Of a DNA stretch of 64,000 bases, positions 1 to 10,216 are shown in pieces (position 1 is the stretch's first letter; each line of letters opens with the position of its first letter). The DNA comes from a virus. Lineage: Duplodnaviria; Caudoviricetes. The stretch is from IMG/VR virus record IMGVR_UViG_3300021431_000075, positions 1 to 64,000 of that record, one strand, 5' to 3'. The notes under the pieces are model-generated. The model saw only the letters and a list, made by a program, of their open reading frames with translations, was not told the DNA's origin and ran no database searches. The position numbers and the translations under genes were made by a program.

Positions 1-200
1 CAACACTTGTGTTGAGACTATCAATAGCTTCGTTTACACTTGTGTTAATTCCATCAATTGCGCTTTCAACACTCGAATTGAGATTACCAAATGCTTCATC
101 AACACTTGTGTTGAGACTATCAATAGCATCGTTTACGCTTGTATTGAGATTGTCTACTGATGTATTCAGATTCCCAAGAGCACGTACAACACTTGTATTA
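1..200 (-). repeat. 33-bp / 11-aa coding tandem repeat (LNTSVxxAxxx), hendecad coiled coil
   Basis: acacttgtgttgagactatcaatagc and variants recur; translation NLNTSVNDAIDSLNTSVDEAFGNLNSSVESAIDGINTSVNEAIDSLNTSV. Confidence 0.8.
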
Positions 201-544
201 AGTTCATTCAGTTCATTACGAATGCTCTGATTCTCTATTGATTGCGGAGCAAACCAATAATTCTTGTAGTTTTCTGCATTGACATCTTTAATCTTTCCCG
301 GAGTATATGGTTCAGCATCTTTCAACACAAGAACAGTAGGCGTACCGTCTGGCTCAAACACTGTAACAACCATACCGGTGTATGCCTTAAAATACAAAGT
401 CGCCTTTTTAGGTGTTGATTTACTTATATACAAATCTTTATAGTCCAGAACAATACGATCATCGGCAGGAGCCTGAACACCTTCCTTAAATGATATACCA
501 TATTGAAACGGAACTGCATTTTCTTGTCTTTCGTAAACAGCCAT
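1..544 (-). CDS. Virion fibre/decoration-like protein, paralog family (3' partial, runs off left edge)
   Basis: Not in ORF track. ATG at 544 reads MAVYERQENAVPFQYGISFKEGVQAPADDRIV...YTGMVVTVF...KDAEPYTPG...NYW, the same N-terminal domain as the neighbouring paralogs, then 11-aa LNTSV repeats; open to position 1. Confidence 0.8.
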   Translation of the reverse strand, partial: MAVYERQENAVPFQYGISFKEGVQAPADDRIVLDYKDLYISKSTPKKATLYFKAYTGMVVTVFEPDGTPTVLVLKDAEPYTPGKIKDVNAENYKNYWFAPQSIENQSIRNELNELNTSVVRALGNLNTSVDNLNTSVNDAIDSLNTSVDEAFGNLNSSVESAIDGINTSVNEAIDSLNTSV

Positions 545-598
545 TATATTGTAATGATCAACTTTTTTTATTTATTTTTTGACACATGTTCATACATG

Positions 599-2632
599 TT
601 ATCCTAATCCGATAACTATTTGCAAAGTTGCGATACCGGCAGCACCCCGACTTGTAATCTTATACTTATTGAAATCTATATCAACATAGCCGTTGTTTAT
701 CTTTATTGTTGAATCAACAACTGTGAAATCAAATGGTATATCAAATGCCTCTACAGTAGGATTGGCACCGTTACAACTATTCAACCGATGTGTCTTTGGA
801 ACATATAGATAGCAATTCTGTCTTTCAGAAGGCCATTGCAAATAAAAAGTATATGTACCGCTAACCGGAAGCAAGAAATTAGACTTTGTCTGTACATCAT
901 CTCCTGCATATGTCCCCGGTTCTGTATTTTTTGCATTCCATGCAGTTTTATTCGCACTGGATGCATAATACTTATTAGCATTCCAATATACTCTATTGCT
1001 TGCAGTGAAGCTCAACCAAGTTGACGTAGCTGCAGTTAATTCCTTAGCAACTGGTGCTTTATAAGGTTTATTAGTATCAGGATCTATGGTATCGCCTTTA
1101 GAATCAACCGCATAATTTCCTTCTGTCAAATTAATGGTTGCAAAGAAATATCCATTATTCGAACCATATGAAGCATTCAATGCTCTCCATTGTTCTTCTG
1201 TCATCACATCTACTTGTGCAGTCTTTGATGATGAACGTTTCCATGTAACACCAGAATCAACACTTATTGAAACAGCAGTACCGGAAGCACCTTCAGAAGA
1301 TTGCCAATTCCATTTTTCCGGTTTATAATCATAACTCAAATTATTAGCAACAGCCGGATATGGAACACCAACATCAACAAAATTATTACCACCATATGAT
1401 GAACCAATCCATTTCAATGTAAATTGTTCTGTTTGAACTGAGTGTGGCTTAACAACTTCAAACAAGATGGCTTTGAGAATCTCAGAAATCGTCATATCTT
1501 CAAGTTGGCTAATAGTCTTCTTATCAAGATTGCCATGTTTGTTAATCATTTTGAAATTTGGATCAGCATCGCCGCCATCAAACTTCAAGTTCGCGCTAAC
1601 ATCCATTGTCAGACTATTAATCTTATTGTCAAGAGAATCAATACTTGCATCAATGTGCTGACTGACAGCATTGATGCTTGCATTGATGTGATTATTAATC
1701 TCAACATAACTGGAATCAATATGGCGTTCCAAATCCGAGACACTGCTTTCAAGCAAACCAATCGAAGTGTTGATTGAAACAATATCGGCAGCAATGACAT
1801 CGGCAACCTTCAGGAAAGTCTCCGTCGTCGTGGAATCCGAATCGACAGTCATCCATTCGAAATGGAAGTACACGTCATTCGTATCAGCAGTCCAACCAGC
1901 ATCAACAGGAGTCGAAGTCTCTGTATATTTTCCAGTCTCTGTATTATAGGAAGCCTTGCAGATATGAACAGACTTCAGCACAAAGTCCTTAGGGATGTCA
2001 ATCAGATTTCCGCCAGAGACATCAACCCAATCAGAAGAACCCGGAGCCTTGTACTTGAGTATGTAGCTTGACAAAAATCCCTCTGTTGCAGTCGCAGCTT
2101 TCTCAATCTTGTACTGACCGACTGCAAGAGCGTTATTGACAAGCTTGATTGTATCATCATCGACATTGACAGAAAGACCATATGAATAACCGACACTGTC
2201 TGCATCCTTTGTTGGAGTGACTGTAATACCACCGGCATTTCCGCTATTTGTGATATTGTCATCAGAGCCGACATAATCCTCAAGCTTGTTGATGCTCGGG
2301 TCAATGACATTATTGATCTTGTCCTCTGTGAACTGACCGATGACGTTCCAGTAAGTCTCAAGGTTATCGGCATTCACGTCGATTGTGGTATTGTCCTTCG
2401 TATATGGCGTATGGTCCTTCAACGCTATCAGAATGACATTGTTGTCATCATCAAAAGCGGAAATCAACATTCCTGCATAAGCATTGAGATACAATGCGCA
2501 TGCATTCTTGTTGCCATGATTGATATAGACATCGCTGATTCTGTTGAGAACAGTTCTGCTATCGAGCGGCGAATGACCGTCCAGTCTGAAAGTGTTATTT
2601 ACTGTTTGTCGTCCTGTATAAACGTATCCCAT
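599..2632 (-). CDS. Virion fibre/decoration-like protein, paralog family (677 aa)
   Basis: Shared N-domain (MGY..G.Q..NNT...GH.P.D.R), coiled-coil segment, shared KHG..L...TI..LE.MT.SEI...ILFE module, S/T-rich beta C-terminus. Confidence 0.65.
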   Translation of the reverse strand: MGYVYTGRQTVNNTFRLDGHSPLDSRTVLNRISDVYINHGNKNACALYLNAYAGMLISAFDDDNNVILIALKDHTPYTKDNTTIDVNADNLETYWNVIGQFTEDKINNVIDPSINKLEDYVGSDDNITNSGNAGGITVTPTKDADSVGYSYGLSVNVDDDTIKLVNNALAVGQYKIEKAATATEGFLSSYILKYKAPGSSDWVDVSGGNLIDIPKDFVLKSVHICKASYNTETGKYTETSTPVDAGWTADTNDVYFHFEWMTVDSDSTTTETFLKVADVIAADIVSINTSIGLLESSVSDLERHIDSSYVEINNHINASINAVSQHIDASIDSLDNKINSLTMDVSANLKFDGGDADPNFKMINKHGNLDKKTISQLEDMTISEILKAILFEVVKPHSVQTEQFTLKWIGSSYGGNNFVDVGVPYPAVANNLSYDYKPEKWNWQSSEGASGTAVSISVDSGVTWKRSSSKTAQVDVMTEEQWRALNASYGSNNGYFFATINLTEGNYAVDSKGDTIDPDTNKPYKAPVAKELTAATSTWLSFTASNRVYWNANKYYASSANKTAWNAKNTEPGTYAGDDVQTKSNFLLPVSGTYTFYLQWPSERQNCYLYVPKTHRLNSCNGANPTVEAFDIPFDFTVVDSTIKINNGYVDIDFNKYKITSRGAAGIATLQIVIGLG

Positions 2633-2655
2633 GTCGATTTAATCGCTTTTAATTA

Positions 2656-3981
2656 TTAGTTTTTGATAATCTTGACTTCAACATTCGTCATACTGTCAGC
2701 CTTCGTGATAGTATACACCTCATATGTAGCATTTGCCCCTCGCTGCGTCGAAGTCTTAATGTCATTCCTTGTTTGGCTTGTCTTTGTGAATTGCCAGTCT
2801 GTATTGTAAGTGTCTGTTGCGGTATCGCTTGCAACTTTCACCGAACTTATCCTATATCCACTTGGAACATAAACCTTGAACACATCAGACGCATTCGTTC
2901 CGCTTGGCCATTTGTAATATACCGTAACACCGCTTGCAGTAACGAGCGGCGCTGCAACAGTATCTTGATAATTGATGGTCGTATCTACCCATCCGGTACT
3001 ATCCTTTGTCTCTCTGATACCGACTTTCGACCATGCAGTACTCTTGTTCGTGTACTGATGAAGCGCGTTCGAAAGAACCTTGTATGCTCCAACAAATGAA
3101 ATGTTTGCCGGCGTTGCAGCAACTGTTCCTGCATAACCCGGAACCTTTATCGCTCCAACGGAGTTCGTCGCATCCTGATTCTTGTCGAAAGAAGCAACTG
3201 CACGGACATAGAATGTTCCTTCCTGAACAAATCCGTTCTTGATAGCGGTGTAGTCTTCAGATGACATATCAACATTGATGTCGCCGGTAGTAGTTCCATA
3301 GTAGAACTGACTATTGTCCCTATTCAACTTGTTAAGAGAGAATGTATTGAGAACTTCTCCAGTTGATGCGATGTTCTTGTAAATGTCGCTTGTAAAACTC
3401 AGGTTAATATTCGCCGATGTCGGAAGTTCTGTGCCGACTTCTCTCGGTGGCGTATAGTTTTGCCATGAAATAGTTGCTTTCGGACCCGATGATGCATCTC
3501 TTGTCGGCTCGACAACCTCAAACAAGATAGCCTTGATAATATCAGAAATCGTCATGCTTTCAAGATCCGCAATCGTAGTTCTTGCAGGAAGACAACCATG
3601 CTTGACAAGAGTCTCCATCGTGTCCGCCATATCTCCGCCCTGGAAATATGTAGCGGCAGTAATCTCTGCAGATATTGCATTCTCGCTGATTTCGGTCCAG
3701 TAATCAAGATAGTTGTCAGCAGTCACAGAAAGAGTAGTATTGTCAACTCTGTACGGAGCGTCATTCTTGAGAGACAGGATTACCACGTTCCCGTCTGCAT
3801 CAAATGTAGAAACCACCATTCCCTTGTACGCGTTCTTGAAAAGAGAGCATGCAGACTGGTTGCTTACGCTGATATAAACATCAGCCACATTATCAATGAC
3901 GGTTCTCTGGTCGATTGGCGCGTGACCGTTGAGCTTCAGTGTATTGTTGATAACTTGTTTGCCGTTGTATGTGTATCCCAT
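2656..3981 (-). CDS. Virion fibre/decoration-like protein, paralog family (441 aa)
   Basis: Same N-domain and KHG/ILFE module; C-terminal Y.KWPS...FKVYVP motif shared with paralogs. Confidence 0.65.
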   Translation of the reverse strand: MGYTYNGKQVINNTLKLNGHAPIDQRTVIDNVADVYISVSNQSACSLFKNAYKGMVVSTFDADGNVVILSLKNDAPYRVDNTTLSVTADNYLDYWTEISENAISAEITAATYFQGGDMADTMETLVKHGCLPARTTIADLESMTISDIIKAILFEVVEPTRDASSGPKATISWQNYTPPREVGTELPTSANINLSFTSDIYKNIASTGEVLNTFSLNKLNRDNSQFYYGTTTGDINVDMSSEDYTAIKNGFVQEGTFYVRAVASFDKNQDATNSVGAIKVPGYAGTVAATPANISFVGAYKVLSNALHQYTNKSTAWSKVGIRETKDSTGWVDTTINYQDTVAAPLVTASGVTVYYKWPSGTNASDVFKVYVPSGYRISSVKVASDTATDTYNTDWQFTKTSQTRNDIKTSTQRGANATYEVYTITKADSMTNVEVKIIKN

Positions 3982-3991
3982 TCTAAATCAC

Positions 3992-5314
3992 TTACTTTTT
4001 GATTATAATCTGCACGTTCGTAGTTCCTTCCGATTTCTCGATTACATATGTACTGTATGTTCCGTCAGTGCCGTGACCAGTAGTCGTGCCGATGGATGTC
4101 GTGCCGCTCTGCTGCGTGAAATTCATATTGATGTTGAACTTGTCGGTAGCAAAGTCATCAGCAGCAAGAACACTCTCGATTACATAACCGCTTGGAACAT
4201 AAACCTTGAACTTCGTATTTGAAAGAGTTCCACTTGGCCACTTGAAGTACATCGTGGTTCTTCCGTTTGCAAGAGAAGCCGACTTCTTTGCATTCTCATT
4301 CCAAGATGTAGTTGCAGCATCTTCTTCTACCTTCGATGCATTCCAAGCATCGCTTATTGATGTATATGTATGCAACGCGTTCGAGAACACTCTGTAGCAT
4401 CCTGTAAATGTCAATTCCTTTGTAATTGTACTTGAAACCGCGTTTGCGACAACCGTCTTTCCGTCACTCGTAACCGCATTCTCAAACGGTTCCGCCTTGA
4501 CTGTTGCAACAACCTTCTGAACTCCTTCAAGGACATAGTTGGATGCCTTGAACATCGTATATACTCCGTTTTCCGTAGTGGCAGAACCCATCATGATTGT
4601 CGTTGATGTCTGTCCGGACGGAATATACTCCAGAGTCGTCGTTTCAGGATTGTACTTCGACAAGTGGAAAGTCTTGACAACTGTTCCATCAGATGCTATG
4701 TTCTGATACTGCTTGGACGTGAAACCGATTGTGACATTGGTCACTGCAGGCAAAGCAGAACCGACCTCATAAGCAGTCGAATAATTTTTCCAACTTGCAG
4801 TCGCGCTTGCATTAGGAACGCTCACTGTCGGAGTAATGACCTCGAACAAGATGTTCTTGAATAACTCAGACAATGTCATCCCCTCAAGTTGCTCTATTGT
4901 CGTTCCAGCAGGCAAGCTTCCGTGCTTGACAAGAGTTGCTCTTGTCTTCTCGTCATCGCCGCCCTGGAAGAAAGTAGCAGCAGTAATCTCTTCCGTGATG
5001 CTCGACTCGTTAATTTCAGTCCAGTAGTCTCGGTAGTTATCCGCATTGATTGAAGTCGTCGTGTCGTCAACCGTATATGGCGTGTGGTCCTTGAGAGTCA
5101 GAAGAATCGCATGCCTGTCCGCTCCGGTGCCCTCGAATGTAGAAACAACCATTCCAGTAAACGCATTCGTGTATAGCTCGCACTGATTCTTGTGACCGGC
5201 AGTGATGAATATGTCGGATATGCTCTCGACGACCATTCTCCTGTCAACAGGAACATGACCGTTAATCTTAAGAGTATTGTTTAATATCTGCTCACCTGTA
5301 TAAAGATAACCCAT
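3992..5314 (-). CDS. Virion fibre/decoration-like protein, paralog family (440 aa)
   Basis: Colinear with 2656..3981 over its whole length. Confidence 0.65.
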   Translation of the reverse strand: MGYLYTGEQILNNTLKINGHVPVDRRMVVESISDIFITAGHKNQCELYTNAFTGMVVSTFEGTGADRHAILLTLKDHTPYTVDDTTTSINADNYRDYWTEINESSITEEITAATFFQGGDDEKTRATLVKHGSLPAGTTIEQLEGMTLSELFKNILFEVITPTVSVPNASATASWKNYSTAYEVGSALPAVTNVTIGFTSKQYQNIASDGTVVKTFHLSKYNPETTTLEYIPSGQTSTTIMMGSATTENGVYTMFKASNYVLEGVQKVVATVKAEPFENAVTSDGKTVVANAVSSTITKELTFTGCYRVFSNALHTYTSISDAWNASKVEEDAATTSWNENAKKSASLANGRTTMYFKWPSGTLSNTKFKVYVPSGYVIESVLAADDFATDKFNINMNFTQQSGTTSIGTTTGHGTDGTYSTYVIEKSEGTTNVQIIIKK

Positions 5315-5351
5315 TGTCTAATACATTTTTGTTTTTCTTGAACCGGATGCA

Positions 5352-6629
5352 TTACTGAATCGTAACTTCCACGTTTGTAGTACCACCATCAGACTTCTTG
5401 ACTGTCCACACGTCATATGTTCCTGTTGCATGACCGTTAGTCGCTTCAATCGGAACGGTTCCAGACTGCTTCGTAGCGGTCCAGTTGATATTATACTTGG
5501 CAGTGAAGTTGTCAGCCGCCTTGATTGTCTTGATTATATGACCTGTTGGAACGAATATCTTGAATACATCAGACGCGCTTGTAGCACTTGGCCACTTGTA
5601 GTACATTGTAACAATTGATGTGTGGAGAAGTGGCGCATTCGTCTTAAGAACACTGTCCTGACTCCAGTTGGCAGAAGCCTTTGTCGTCTCTACTTTTGAC
5701 GCGTTCCAACCGTCATTGAGAGAAGTATATGCGCCGTATGCGTTTGTGAATATCTTGTATCTTCCGTAGAATGAAATCGCAGATGTGTTAATTGTGCCGC
5801 CATATGCCTCCTTGACAAGCCTTCCGGCAGTATCAACAGCATTCTGGTATGCGTCATAAGCAACAGAAGCAGAAATATATCTCTGTCCCGGCTGCACGTA
5901 TCTGTTCGCTATCTCTTCATATGCAATAGATGTCATGTCAATTCCATCCGAACCGACAGTCTCCTTATACTGCTTGATGGTTGAACCGTTGTTAATCTTG
6001 TTAAGCAAGAACGTTCCGACTGTTTCTCCGTTCGATGCAGTGCTCACCCACTTCTCTGAAACAAGCGTCACGTTCAAGTCGTCAACAGTAGGCATTGCCG
6101 CGCCAACTTCCTGAACTGCCGCATAAGTACTCTTGAAAGCGACAGATGCAGAAATATTCACAGTCTGCACCGGAATCACAGTCTCAAACAGAATCGCCTT
6201 GATGATATCAGAAATAGTCATACTCTCAAGGTCTGCAATCGTAACACCCGCGTCAAGACATCCATGCTTTACAAGAGTCGCCATCGTGTCTGATGCTTCT
6301 CCGCCTTGAAAAAAGGTGGCAAGAGTAATCTCTTCTGTAGTGTTTGTCCAGTACTCCTGATAGTTCTCCTCATTCACAGTAATGTTATAGCCCGGAGTAT
6401 AAGGAGTGGCATCTTTGCAAATCAGGTTCAGAGTCTTTCCTTCCGAGTCGAAAGTGATAATCGACATTCCCTTATATGCAGAGTTGAACATCTGCGCATC
6501 ACGCGGATTCTCTCCGTCAACGAACACATCCGTATAGCTTTCCCAGACAAGCCTGTCATCAGACGGAGCCTGCCCCTTGAACGATATTCCGTTATTGTAC
6601 TTTATCTTGTTGTTATGAACCCTACCCAT
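5352..6629 (-). CDS. Virion fibre/decoration-like protein, paralog family (425 aa)
   Basis: Colinear paralog; N-domain closest to the 1..544 gene (GISFK..QAP.DDR). Confidence 0.65.
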   Translation of the reverse strand: MGRVHNNKIKYNNGISFKGQAPSDDRLVWESYTDVFVDGENPRDAQMFNSAYKGMSIITFDSEGKTLNLICKDATPYTPGYNITVNEENYQEYWTNTTEEITLATFFQGGEASDTMATLVKHGCLDAGVTIADLESMTISDIIKAILFETVIPVQTVNISASVAFKSTYAAVQEVGAAMPTVDDLNVTLVSEKWVSTASNGETVGTFLLNKINNGSTIKQYKETVGSDGIDMTSIAYEEIANRYVQPGQRYISASVAYDAYQNAVDTAGRLVKEAYGGTINTSAISFYGRYKIFTNAYGAYTSLNDGWNASKVETTKASANWSQDSVLKTNAPLLHTSIVTMYYKWPSATSASDVFKIFVPTGHIIKTIKAADNFTAKYNINWTATKQSGTVPIEATNGHATGTYDVWTVKKSDGGTTNVEVTIQ

Positions 6630-6633
6630 TTGT

Positions 6634-8331
6634 TTATCCGTTTACTTTTGAGAGATTGATTTTTACAGTAGTGATGCCCGAGCACTTGTCAAGCAAGTAT
6701 TTCTTGTACGAACCCTCGATGCCGTTGCTATTAGTGATTTTGTAATCTTCATCAACAACAGTAGCGTCGATTTCAACAGACCAGTCATCAAAAGCAGTGT
6801 CATTTGCAGCACCGACCGAATCAATCTTGTACTTGACTGGAATATAGACATAGAACTTCTGTTCTGCTGTCGTTGCCGAAGGCCACTGCATATAGATCGC
6901 AGACGTGTCATTCGTGAAGTATGGAGAAATAAACAACTCGTCGTTGCCGGCAAACTCGCCGTCACCCGGCTCAATGTCCTTGCTGGACCACAACGACTCC
7001 TTGCTGACATTCTTCGAGTTGGAGCAAATCTTCCAGCCTGCGATAACATCGAACTCTGTCAATACGACCGTATGCTTTCCGTCTCTCGAATTGTTAGACA
7101 ACTTAAGTTTATTCGACCTCACAGAACCGTCGATTCCCTGTGCATAATATACAGGATTTCCTGCACCGTCCTCATAATGGTCGTTGCCGTCCGAATCCTT
7201 CGCGTTTGCAACTCCGTTATAGTATGCAACTGCGAAATACTCGCACCTGTCACCGTCCTCTATCGCATAATCAGTCCAGTGCTTCATATAATTGCTTGCA
7301 TCAAGATTGATTAGAACATCATCTTCAAGATTGTCATAGATATCATCAATATCAACACAGTCATGGCTATCGTCATCGTCTCTTCCGACCAAATCGACAG
7401 ACTCCCAATCAAGCACGTAGTACTCGACTCTATCAAGTTCAACAAGCGGTTGAGGCTCACCAAGCGGACTTCCATCTTCCGGCGACATACACTGCCAAGT
7501 CTCCGGAGTGAAAACATATTCAAAATCTGTCTTGAGTGGATACTTTGAACCGACTTCTATATAACCATGATAACTACTGCCTTCTCTAAACTTGATAAAC
7601 AGCGAACTGTCGCACACCTTGACCGGAGCAGCGCCTTCAAACAAAATGTCGCAAAGAACTTCAGAAACTGTCTTTTCCTCAAGCTGCTCGACTGTCGTTC
7701 CTGCATGCAGACCGCCATGCGAGATGACCATCGTCTTTCCATCCGGAACAGAACTTCCGTCAAACATATTAAGATGGTCCTTCGTCTGGTCAATCTTCAT
7801 CGAACGGACATGAATACGAGACTCGTCAGTTATTCTTCGTGTTTCTATAACATAATCCGGCTCATCAGGAGAATAATAGTCATACACCCACCTGCCGTCT
7901 TTCTGATATGCGTTATAGTTTACATTGTCGTTCTCATAATAGTACTCGTATGTGATGTTGAAACCGAGAACATCAGCCATAGACTCGATAAGAAACTTGT
8001 CCTTTGGCGTCATCAAGCCGTCCTGTGCATAATCTGTTTGTGTGTATATGTCACGAAGAACAACCTTTCCATTTACAATTTCAGGTATAATGGCACTGTC
8101 GATAACAACCTCGTTCCCATTAGCGACGAACTTATATGAAGTCTTGTCGATATAATCCGCACCGACTGATTTTACTGAAAATATACTAACATCATGTTCA
8201 TTCAACAGTTCTCCGTTGAAATATAATCTATTGTTGTCTGTATCCAGAAATATCGACTCGTCAAAGTCATGCGTCTTTTCAAGCAACGCTCTGTATTCTA
8301 ATACGCCATTTCCCTTTATAAACTGCAACAT
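6634..8331 (-). CDS. Acidic virion fibre-family protein with a different N-terminus (565 aa)
   Basis: Has HGGLHAGTTVEQLEEKTVSEVLCDILFE module and WPSA...FYVYIP C-domain but an unrelated N-terminal 190 aa. Confidence 0.6.
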   Translation of the reverse strand: MLQFIKGNGVLEYRALLEKTHDFDESIFLDTDNNRLYFNGELLNEHDVSIFSVKSVGADYIDKTSYKFVANGNEVVIDSAIIPEIVNGKVVLRDIYTQTDYAQDGLMTPKDKFLIESMADVLGFNITYEYYYENDNVNYNAYQKDGRWVYDYYSPDEPDYVIETRRITDESRIHVRSMKIDQTKDHLNMFDGSSVPDGKTMVISHGGLHAGTTVEQLEEKTVSEVLCDILFEGAAPVKVCDSSLFIKFREGSSYHGYIEVGSKYPLKTDFEYVFTPETWQCMSPEDGSPLGEPQPLVELDRVEYYVLDWESVDLVGRDDDDSHDCVDIDDIYDNLEDDVLINLDASNYMKHWTDYAIEDGDRCEYFAVAYYNGVANAKDSDGNDHYEDGAGNPVYYAQGIDGSVRSNKLKLSNNSRDGKHTVVLTEFDVIAGWKICSNSKNVSKESLWSSKDIEPGDGEFAGNDELFISPYFTNDTSAIYMQWPSATTAEQKFYVYIPVKYKIDSVGAANDTAFDDWSVEIDATVVDEDYKITNSNGIEGSYKKYLLDKCSGITTVKINLSKVNG

Positions 8332-8578
8332 GTTAGAATTTATAAGATAATTTTATGCAGGCTATCATCATGCGACTTAATAATTACAACAAGAGCACAT
8401 CTTCATCTTGCAAACAGACTATCATTTCATTGCCGTTCGTCTTTGACCTAATGATATATTGCCTCTTTTGTATTTATCTAAAGCAAAATTATTTGGGTTT
8501 TGTATTGGATTGTTAGGATGTTTAGCATGAACATAAAGAAAAATAAATAGCACATAATACAGAATCGTATGCTGCATA

Positions 8579-9421
8579 ATGAAAATCATCAATGAAGAAT
8601 TATACAATGACTTCTTTCCAGAACAGTTCGTTAAGTTTCTAAAAGAAAGCCCGAAAGAAAAACTCAACAAACTATATAGAGAGTACTGGTATTTTGAAGA
8701 TGCTGTTTCGTTTGACAACCTATTCAAGAAAGACATAGACGGAAACCTGATTATCGAGCAAATCTATTATGATGCAGGAATCGACATAAAGACTTATCCT
8801 GCTGAATTCGTCATCAACAGCCTGATAAGTTTATACGGTCTTGACAAAGAACAGTTATATATAGATCAAACAAGAAAACATAACATAAAAGTTATAATCC
8901 TTGTTGCAGATTATAAGCAGAATGTGCAGACATTGACAAATGACATGGAGAAATGCGGTTATTACCCGGCACAGGCAAGCACCAGAACTGTAGATTGCAA
9001 AGATTGGACTTATATTGCGTTCGAACCATATGTTTCTCCTAATTGTATAGACGAAGTCAAGAAAGTCAGTTTCATCAGTCATATAACGCCGGCACATAAT
9101 GTAGAACATATAAAGAAAAATGGTTTAATCCCGCAATTCAAAAGCAAAATATATAGATTCCCGGAAAGAGTCTATCTATTAGACGGAAGATGTGGACAGA
9201 CTGCTGCAAAAGTTCTTGCAAGAGATTTAGCCAGAATGAGAAGAGACGACTGGACAAAATATTTTTGTTGCATGATAGACACAGATTTATTGCCAGATGA
9301 TTTTCGCATATATGGCGATCCGAATCATGAATATGGCTATTTCACATATCAGAAAATAGAGCCAAATTGGATATATGATGTCATCAATATCCAGAAATAT
9401 AGCAATGCTGCTTATATTTAA
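8579..9421 (+). CDS. Putative ADP-ribosyltransferase-fold (KptA/Tpt1-like) protein
   Basis: C-terminal HITPAHNVEHIKKNGLIP...RVYL...GDPN...YFTYQKIEP pattern; N-terminal IINE. Confidence 0.5.
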   Translation: MKIINEELYNDFFPEQFVKFLKESPKEKLNKLYREYWYFEDAVSFDNLFKKDIDGNLIIEQIYYDAGIDIKTYPAEFVINSLISLYGLDKEQLYIDQTRKHNIKVIILVADYKQNVQTLTNDMEKCGYYPAQASTRTVDCKDWTYIAFEPYVSPNCIDEVKKVSFISHITPAHNVEHIKKNGLIPQFKSKIYRFPERVYLLDGRCGQTAAKVLARDLARMRRDDWTKYFCCMIDTDLLPDDFRIYGDPNHEYGYFTYQKIEPNWIYDVINIQKYSNAAYI

Positions 9422-9428
9422 AATAAAA

Positions 9429-9464
9429 AAATGTCCAGTTTTGTGAGAAAGAAACCGGACATTT
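9429..9464. terminator. Bidirectional intrinsic terminator
   Basis: aaatgtcc...ggacattt inverted repeat between convergent genes. Confidence 0.6.
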
Positions 9465-9484
9465 AGACATTTCGTTCATTTCGT

Positions 9485-10159
9485 TCATTTTCCAAACAAT
9501 CGCCGTATCTTAACATATGCATCATCCAAGAAACCGGTTGCTTTATAAACGTCATGCAATGGCTTAACTTCATTAAAGACATTGAAAAAAGAAGTATCTC
9601 GTGAACTCAAATGACCGAGTTTCTTCCCATGGCTTTCCAAATAGCATTGTATATAAAAGTCATCAATTCCAGTTGCTATAACTTCATCTGTCAATCTGTT
9701 CCAAAAATCACTTTCAAATGCAGTGGATTCATAAATCATCCGTCCGCCTATTATAAGATTAGTTGACATTGCAAAAGAATCTGTTTTTGCCTTTTGCAAT
9801 TTATCAATCATTGTTTCAAGATAATTCTCTTTATATAAGGTATCGTCGTCGATTGTCAAAACATAAAAATCTTCTCCATAATATTTCTGAAGAGTCGGAA
9901 TCAACTTCTTAAAAGTCTTTGTGTCTTTCTCGACCCAATTTATATGAATGTTATCATTTTTGTCAATGATTTCAACCAATTCTTTCGGAAGATTTACAAT
10001 TTCATTACCGTTTCTGTCAATTTCGACAAAATTCGGTTTTGCTAAATTCAACTCAATAGAATCTAAAGCAACTGTTTGCTTCAACATAGACTCGATTGCC
10101 GACCTAACATTATCAATTCTCGGCGGCCAACTTGTCATTGAAATACGAACTTTCTTCAT
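9485..10159 (-). CDS. Glycosyltransferase, GT-A fold (GT2/EXTL-like)
   Basis: ISMTSWPPRI, TFKKLIP and LTIDDD (DxD) motifs. Confidence 0.75.
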   Translation of the reverse strand: MKKVRISMTSWPPRIDNVRSAIESMLKQTVALDSIELNLAKPNFVEIDRNGNEIVNLPKELVEIIDKNDNIHINWVEKDTKTFKKLIPTLQKYYGEDFYVLTIDDDTLYKENYLETMIDKLQKAKTDSFAMSTNLIIGGRMIYESTAFESDFWNRLTDEVIATGIDDFYIQCYLESHGKKLGHLSSRDTSFFNVFNEVKPLHDVYKATGFLDDAYVKIRRLFGK

Positions 10160-10176
10160 TATTGAAAAACAAAAAG

Positions 10177-10197
10177 AGCAGTTCTCGATGAACTGCT
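10177..10197 (-). terminator. Intrinsic terminator
   Basis: agcagttc-tcgat-gaactgct hairpin with an A-run to the left (U-tract on - strand). Confidence 0.55.
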
Positions 10198-10216
10198 ATT
10201 TCTTATTTTAACAGAT

